A stretch of 64,000 bases of DNA from Nitrospirales bacterium (lineage in GTDB: Bacteria > Nitrospirota > Nitrospiria > Nitrospirales > UBA8639): NCBI GenBank assembly GCA_965203295.1, contig CBDBCZ010000019.1:1-64000 (forward strand), read 5' to 3'. The position numbers were made by a program, and so were the translations under genes. Every line of letters begins with the position of its first letter. The first letter of the stretch is position 1. Positions 56,038 to 64,000 of the stretch are shown piece by piece. The notes below the pieces were generated by a model. That model worked only from the letters and a program-made list of their open reading frames with translations. It made no database searches and had not been told where the DNA came from.

Positions 56038-59000
56038 ATGAAGGTTGCTCTTTTTATAGTTGTAGTTGCCGCTCTAGGCGGCCTCTCTGCTGGGCACGAA
56101 TACTTCCATCCCTTCGACTTTCTCCGTCACGAGAGGGCCCAGATCAAATGGGGTGAGTAAAGACTCGTGTCTAGCTAGCTATCCCCAACTGTAGTATCTC
56201 TAGCTAGACCCACATTTATCAAGGGTGCAAGCGATCCTTAGCCTTGATAATTTGTGGGGCTGGGAACGAGACTTGGGTGAGTATTCCTATTAAACATAAT
56301 TTATAGTTTGTACTGAAGGAAAAGTCGAGGGCTTGTTGTCAGCACTGTAACTGAATAGTATGTAGAGTGATTACAAGTTGTATGAGCTATTTAGTCTCAC
56401 GTGGCCAGACTCTCGACCGGAAAGTTAGAGTCTGGGGAAATGCTTATACAGCGGTTGTAGCTCTGGAATGCTATGGTTATATAATAGTTAAGTGTGTGCA
56501 AACCACACTATCTCCTGTGGTTGCGGTTTGCACATAGCCCTGCCACTGCCATGGCTGAAGCCTTACTAAAGTGGCGCTGGTTAATTATACGTGACGTCAG
56601 GCGCGTTCTGCAATTTTATTGGATTGCATCGTACAATACAAAGTCTACAAATTCAATATTGGCATTTCCCCAAACTCTAACTTCCCGTCGAGAGTCTGGC
56701 CACGCGAGACTATGAACTATTGTGGAGTTGGCACTTTTGCTGGTTGGCACTTTTTTGTAAGAGTACACACACCTAGATATAGTTTCGTGGGCCAGATGAT
56801 TTTTGTGGGGGGAAAGTACGTCTGGTCACCTTAGCCACGTTTTTACAAGTATCACCGGAATGTGGGCGACACTAATCGGATTGCAGAGCATTTGACTATT
56901 ACAAAGCTCTTCTGTATTAGTCACACGACCGCCTGTCTTTTTCAAACGAGATATTCTCAAAGATGGATGAGAAGAAAGTTGCGAGTCAGCTAGGTTATTC
57001 TAGGCTTCGGCCGAACCATCTGCATGTGTACTATATCTCAGCATGGCTTTCACTTACAGGACTATGTAGCCATTCACCTTTGTGTTAAAGTGTGCTCGAA
57101 GTGCTCATTTGAGGCCATCAAAATAGGTCGTCAGATCCAGCATCAAAGTGCATACTTATAATATGATGTCAGTGATGCGGCAGTAGTGTACTTGTCTGAA
57201 TCCCCACGTCTCGCGCTTATTCTCGATCTTGCACAATCGCGCCTCGTTAATTCGTGGACGTTGCATGCAGACAGACGGACAGAAGTATCATTAAAGATGA
57301 TGATAAAAATCCATCCTCTCTCTCCCAGAGGATGACATCGTCCTGAAGGTGAACGTCACTCTGCTGAATCAATCTGGAGACTGGCTGGCTGTCTCGTGGG
57401 AGGGTGTGCCACATCCCAGCGACTCCGACTGGATCGGGGTCTACTCTCCCCCCGTCCACGGGGGAATCGACCCAAAGAACCACGCCCCTGTCAAGTATCA
57501 GGTCAGTGTCTGGGCTAGCGAAGGATTTTGATGAATTGTTCTGATTGAATGCAGCATGGGCAAGAGGTTATAATGTCACAAGTAAGGCCAGGAAGGCCTA
57601 CATGTATAGGCCAGATCTTGGACGTGATAATTCAGTTTAGGGACAGACGGTCAGCTCTGGTATAGAAACTCTGGTTAACAAAATTGGCTAACAAATGGAT
57701 AAGGATTGGGTCCTGAGACGACATGATGAATGAAAACCTATCTGAAGAGTCCACTGAATGGAAAGAGGGATTCAAGATAGAACAGTGCTGATATTATTCA
57801 GAGATTCTCTCGGTTGGCTAGTAGAATTCATCGCGACGTTTCTTCAATTCCAACCCGAGGTTGAGCAGAAGTTCTTTAGTTGCCAAAGAACTTCTGCTGA
57901 ACTTCGGGTTGGAATTAAAGAAACTTCGCGATTAATAGAGAAGAGGCTTTCATCAACTCCATGTACTTACACTGCACTTTGCTTCTCTATCTGTATGAAC
58001 ACATATATGTATCCAGAGCCTGTGTAGCCCCAGCCTCTGCTGTAATAAGGACTGTAGAGAATTCTAAGTGACTTATATATTATGATAATTTTGTTGTATT
58101 ACAGTATGCTAAATATAGCCCCACCCATCTGAAAGAGGGGCGGGGCTCGTTGAACTTTAGGCTGGTGAACATGAGAGATGACATCATCATGGGCTTCTTG
58201 AGAGGAGGTGAGTGGTGTCATGTGACTTCTGGCATCTAACATTCACGTGACTTGTACCATAGATAATATAACCTATGCTTGTACACAGCAAAATTTACAT
58301 TCTCCATTCCACGATGCTCAGGTTTTGATCATCCGGTTTTGGCTGCAGTCAGCGGCACAGTCCAATTCCGGAACCGGAATGAACCACTGCAGGGGCACCT
58401 GGCCCTGACTGAGGACCCCTCTGAGATGATGTCAGTGGATTTTGCTATCCTCTTAACCCCTATTTTTTTTTTGCTTGCAGAAAGAAATGCGCTTCCGCTT
58501 TTTCTTCCTGCAAGTAAATGGGATGGCTGGGCACAAGGCTAGAGATTTTACTATACATTATCATTGTGTTCTGTTTGTCTCGTTTTTGTACGTACTATGA
58601 GTCCTAGCAACACTCCTCTCCCATTCTAGCTTGGTGTGGGTCACTCGCAATGCCTCCAGCCCTCAGGTGAAGTGGGGTACGAAGAGTGGAACGTACAGCT
58701 TCAGCAAACAGGTAACAAACATGGACCTCTCCTCTTACTTTCGTCCCCTGGTTCCATAGTCTCGTGCCCAGCCCCACGTTAGGAAGGTGGGTCTGGCTCC
58801 CCGTATATTCAAAGTTGGGGCAGCATTACGTCAGCGGTCCCAGATCTGGACCGGCAATGTGATTGGTTACTTATAGTATTACATCACTAAACGGTTGCAG
58901 TATCCGGATATCTACACGAATGGCCACGTGGACACTATCCGTTTGGTGATGTAATATGATGTAACGCTAACCCAACTTTGAATATACGGGGAGCCAGACC

Positions 59001-62000
59001 CACTTTCTAACGTGGGGCTGGGCACGAGACTACTGGTTCCATGGAGGGAATGTAGGAGGGGTGGGTCAGGGGCGGGGCATAGCTACCCCTTAATCAGCAA
59101 GTACTCAGTGTGTACAGTGGGACCCCCTCTATTCTGGATCCCTAAACTCTATAATTTAAGGATCTCTATGTATAAAGTCCCAAACATATTTTCTTAGTGT
59201 AAAGTAGCCCCTGAAATGAGACACCTCTCTAAACCGGATGCTTTTATGCTATCTTGACAACCTCAAAGTTGCATGATGGTGGAGCTGCCAAGAGTTAGTG
59301 TGGCTTCACAATAAGGCTAGAGGGGCCCAGATGGCTGGCTGTATATACACTGCCTCTTTTGTGTATTCCTAAATGTGGATGACCCAGCCAGTGTGACATC
59401 CTTCTACAACATCAGAGGCAGGGGTCAGAAGAAATTGTTAGTTTTACGATCTCCTTCCCAGGCCAACAGCAGCTCTTACACTGCTAAGGACATGTGTGGA
59501 TCTCCGGCTGTTGATTTTGGCTATCGAGACACTGGCCTACTGCATCAGGTCACCATTGACAAGTGAGTTGGAGTCGAATGTCTGTACAACCGATTGATTC
59601 AAGTTTTGCTCAGAATTAGTGCCGTACTGTTGTACATTAGACCAACTTGAACCGTGCTTTCGTAGAGTGATTATAAACATGCAATTGCAAGTAACTGAGC
59701 AACAACAGCAAGCAAAACAAGTTCAACTATTTTTATTAAGGAATTAAAATTTGAAATACCAAACTCTAATGTTATATGGTTGTATCTGACAATTCAGACT
59801 TGCAGGTTTATAGACTCTGACCCTTTAAACAAATAGTGGACTGGGTAACATGAGTAAGTACATGGATCTATTGGCCAAGGTACAGCAAGTTAGCTGTACA
59901 TTGTTTCTCCCTCTAGACTTGTCCCAGGTACTCAGTACTACTATGTCTTTGGAGACACTTACGGGTGGAGTCAAGAGCACAGCTTCAGAGCTACTCCCAA
60001 ACCTGGGCCTGGCGTTACTTCAAGGATTATTGCTTACGGAGGTAGGGAGAGGAGGAGGAGAGAGAGAGAGCGGTGGATTACTGAAGGCTGATACTTTCCA
60101 GATCATGAAGAGAATTGTTACATCTACTAGCCTACGAGCAACATCCGTAGCTCTTTTGGTGGGCCTAGGAAACCTCACAACCACTTTGAACACAGGGAGG
60201 GGCTATATACAGGATTTAGACAAGACAGATCTTTAAGTTAGTCTAACAAACTCTGTTTAAGTTTTGAAAGTAATTCTTAACCAAAGACTATCACTGCAAC
60301 CATAAGAAAGCCTCCGGTAAAATGTAGAGAAACACAGCCGTACCTAAGTTGATCACATGACTTTAGATACCCTAGCTGTTACTTTCCTTCATGCAACCGA
60401 AAAAGTCGCGGGCCTGGGAAAAAGGCTAACCAGCTCCTACCCCACAGCTTCGATAATCTACTGGAGTCCATAATCACGTGCTTTAAATTATATTTAGCTT
60501 CTCTGTCACACATACCTAATACACTAGACATGGGCAATGGCCAGCTGGATGACAGTAGACAGGTTGATGAGGCCCAGCAGCCAGCCCTCAACACCACGAG
60601 GCTTGTGACAAACGAAGTAAATCACACTGACCTCGTCCTCCACATCGGTGACATCAGTTACGCTAGGGGATATGCCAGTGTGGTGAGTCGGGAGTAGGCA
60701 TTGGTTACTTATTATAGCTTTTCTGCTCAGTCATGTGACTATCATTTTCTCTAATAGTGGGACGACTTCTTTGACGAAATCCAGCCAGTAGCCACTCGAG
60801 TACCTTACATGGTCTGCATTGGGAACCATGAGAGGGATTGGGCCCACAGTGGGTAAGAAATGGACCTCTAAGCCAGTAGCCACTCGAGTACCTTACATGG
60901 TCTGCATTGGGAACCACGAGAGGGATTGGGCCCACAGTGGGTAAGAAATGGACCTCTAAGCCAGTAGCCACTCGAGTACCTTACATGGTCTGTATTGGGA
61001 ACCACGAGAGGGATTGGGCCCACAGTGGGTAAGAAATGGACCTCTATCCATTGCAGTGTAATGCAGAATATATGTGAGCATACACTAGAATATACCTTAC
61101 ATGGTCTGCATTGGGAACCATGAGAGGGATTGGGCCCACAGTGGGTAAGAAATGGACCTCTATCCATTGCAGTGTAATGCAGAATAAAGTGAGCATACAC
61201 TAGAATATACCTTACATGGTCTGTATTGGGAACCATGAGAGGTATTGGGCCCACAGTGGGTAAGAAATGGACCTCTATCCATTGCACTGTGATGCAGAAT
61301 ATAAGTGAGCATACATGTACACTAGAATGTACTTTACTCCCTGCTCTTGCTGTTGTCCTCTGACTGGAGATCTTACAAGCTCCGTCTGCATATGTGGGTA
61401 CGTGGTCAATGGCGTAAATGCTATGGCAGCGACATGACTATTACTTGTACATTAACGATGTGACTGTAGTTTCTGTAGCCCAGCACATAATGGAATAAAC
61501 TTTTACCGTAATGATATAACACAGCCATTGTTATACCAGTTACCGATAGGTGCAGTCATGGTGATGAAATACAAGATTTGATATATTTGTGACACTTGAG
61601 TATATTGTTACCCAGGAAGCGACAAAGCTCCATACTAGACTGATACACTGTATTTGCCTCTAATGCATCCATTAAGAGAGCGTGCTGGGTAAGTGAATAT
61701 ATTTCTCCAGATCCTACTACAACGGCACTGACTCGGGCGGAGAGTGTGGAGTGGCGTACGAGAGGAGGTTTCGCATGCCCAGGCCGTCACTGGACGAAGC
61801 CTGGTGCGTATATCAGCTAGTGCGTATTAGCCTACAGACTCTGAGAATATTGAGTCAATGTATTGGAATAGTCTAACCAGCCAACTCCAGCCTTGTTGCC
61901 CCATATAGCACTGTTTGCTTACAGTATCCCCACGGGAGGGGGGGGGAGGTGGTTGTCTTTGCCGGTGTGGATACTGTGTTTAAATGGTGCTGAGAATGAG

Positions 62001-63989
62001 GTTGTGGCTTTGTTTTTTGGGGAAATGAGGATATGGCTAGCTCAACAGGCCGCGATAAAGTTAGTCAGCTCTGCTGCTGGCCTGTTTGTTACACCTACAA
62101 AACAGTAGACTGACCCTACAGTTTTGTACTTCCAACTATGTAGGAGTTACAGACTCTACTGTACATGTTTTGTACTTCCAACTTACAGACTCTACTTCCA
62201 TGCAATTATGTAGAAGTAACAAATACTTGACAGTTTTAGTGCATCTCATTTCAGGTATGGGTTTGACTACGGCAGCGCTCACTTTGTCCTCATGAGCACG
62301 GAACACAATTTCCAGAAGGACTCAAACCAGTACCGGTTTCTCGACAGCCACCTCAAGAGTGTTGACCGCTCAGTAACACCCTGGCTCGTCTTCGCAGGAC
62401 ACAGGTTAGTGCATGGGCTTCACCGAACACTGGTAAGCTGGGCGAGAGACAGCTAGCTAATAGCTCATTGCTTGAATTAGCTTTGTCATGCATATCTACC
62501 TGATTATCTCGGTAAAGTAGACAGTAATATGGTTGCTGGATGCAACGTTTTTATTTTGGGCTGAATTTGGATCCGGCATCTGATGTAGCATATAGATGTC
62601 TGTACTCTAGAACAAGGGTTCCTCTATAATAATATCATCTAATGTTCCTTATTAACTTCAATGCTTGCTCCAACATCTGCAGACCAATGTACATTGACAG
62701 CACCAATGCCGATGTACCTGGCGGTGACCTGACTGTGGCATCGCTGCTGAGGGCAAATGTGGAACCTCTGCTCAAGGTAAGTAACACCACTGCAAGGTGC
62801 TTTATTGTGTGCAGCAGGCTTGAGGAATACTAATGGAAGGGCATTATTGTGTTTGTAGATTCAGATATTTGAAGGGCCGCGAACCAGAGTGGGCCAACAT
62901 TAAATACTGGAAATTGCATGAATCGTACAAAAATGAAGTAACCCTATGGGCATATGACCAAAAATGGTAAATCATAACCCCAGAAACACAATTTAAGAGT
63001 ATTATTCTCAAGATTGGGAGGGGGGGGGTTAAATTTTGTGGCTTAGACTACTCTGGTTCTCAGCCCTTTCTGTATTAGCTACATGTATAATAATGCTTTT
63101 TTCCCATACATACGTATATACTCTCCAGAAGGAATATGAAATATAGAATAAAAAAAGGAGAGACTGCTAGTATATCTGCAGACGGCTGTTTGGGCCTCAT
63201 CAGTACGGTGTAGCACCTGTGCTATATGTAGTCTGTGGAGGCTGGTCCAAAAACTAATTTTGTTCCACTGTGATCCCCTGTGTGATAGGAGTACAAAGTG
63301 GACCTGGCACTGTGGGGCCACCACCACTCCTACCAGAGGACTTGTCCCGTCTACAACGAAGTGTGCACCGAGGGGGCCACCACACACATTGTCATCGGAA
63401 TGGGAGGTCAGGGGCTCTCAAAAAATGTCAAGTAAGTGGGTGGATATAAATAACAGTTGTTGAGTGCAGCTTTCCCCTGCATGCCAAATACATGTACAAT
63501 ATAACATTTTTAGCCTAAAAAGTGAGTGGCCGTATGCATGCTTGATTCTGGATATATAGAACAGTTGTTGATTGCTACATCTCCAAGCTGTCCCCCTGCC
63601 AAATACAATATAGCATTGTTATCCCCCAAAAAAAATTCTGGAAGAAACACTGACTGGTTAACATTTCTGTGTTCTTCTTTTTATTTCAGGCCTGTTAAGC
63701 CAAGTTGGATTGATTTTCTTGATTATGAGGTATGGAGCTTCACAGCTATAGTGTTCACTACTGTATTGTTTGTAATCAAATAATTATGTGTGTGAGTTTG
63801 GCAATATGAGGTAGCTCACAGGGTTCACTACTGCATGATTTCTGATTTGCATTAATTTCATCGACCATGTTATCTCTCCTACAGCACTGGGGCTATTCGA
63901 GGTTTATGACTAATGCCACCACCCTCTTCTTTGAGTTTGTCAGGGACAATGATGGACTGGTGCATGACAGTGTGGTACTCAAGAAGTGA
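56038..63989 (+). CDS. Large secreted purple acid phosphatase (plant PAP1/24/27, nucleotide pyrophosphatase-like), 560 aa. Exons 56038..56152, 57329..57501, 58105..58207, 58322..58430, 58630..58711, 59462..59562, 59917..60041, 60528..60682, 60758..60852, 61711..61803, 62255..62404, 62683..62776, 63289..63431, 63690..63729, 63885..63989.
   Basis: Signal peptide MKVALFIVVVAALGGLSAG. N-terminal motifs DWIGVYSP, APVKYQYA, LNFRLVNMR, DMCGSPA. All five metal-ligand blocks: GDMG, GDISY, GNHE, AGH, GHHH. Also DSGGECGV. 1683 nt in frame. Confidence 0.92.
56392..56712. mobile_element. MITE with TAG..CTA ends, about 55-bp TIRs and 9-bp TSD
   Basis: tgagctatt|tagtctcacgtggccagactctcgac...gtcgagagtctggccacgcgagacta|tgaactatt (one TSD mismatch). 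Confidence 0.82.
58757..59032. mobile_element. MITE with TAG..CTA ends, long TIRs and a perfect 9-bp TSD
   Basis: ctggttcca|tagtctcgtgcccagccccacgttag...ctaacgtggggctgggcacgagacta|ctggttcca. Confidence 0.88.
60783..61330 (+). repeat. Five tandem copies of the 3' half of PAP exon 9 plus its splice donor
   Basis: taccttacatggtctgYattgggaaccaYgagagggattgggcccacagtgg|gtaagaaatggacctcta occurs five times. The period is 89 bp for the first three copies and longer afterwards. Confidence 0.9.
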
Positions 63990-64000
63990 TTTTTTTAAAA

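Overview
Eukaryotic, intron-rich animal genomic DNA, most likely a demosponge. That assignment is inference from the death-domain style, the repeat families and the compact gene spacing. I assembled eleven protein-coding genes by hand from GT-AG splice sites and reading frame. (1) A 5'-truncated Death-domain/coiled-coil/Kelch gene whose first exon, missed by the ORF track, encodes a 2A/StopGo ribosome-skipping motif (SLLLQAGDVERNPG|P) between a hydrophobic signal-like stretch and a duplicated NLS-like PPKRIKL. (2) The 5' part of SNRNP48 on the minus strand, apparently hosting gene 1 in an intron. (3) NKAIN. (4) HMGCL ending in -SKL. (5-6) Two tandem RING/B-box/coiled-coil/filamin/NHL TRIM genes. 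(7) An 8-exon UbiA-superfamily prenyltransferase unlike COQ2, COX10 or UBIAD1. (8) CXXC1/Cfp1. (9-10) Two tandem secreted subtilases with I9-S8-CUB-(ILEI/GG)x5 and x7 architecture. (11) A 15-exon plant-type large purple acid phosphatase. Introns carry MITEs (TAG..CTA ends with 9-bp TSDs; TA-flanked CCG..CGG), a tRNA-Thr-like SINE, Penelope/hammerhead-like palindromes and several minisatellites. The best candidate for a new system is the signal-2A-NLS switch on the Death-Kelch protein. Next are the orphan UbiA enzyme and the lectin-repeat subtilases. No database searches were possible, so all family calls rest on recognised motifs.
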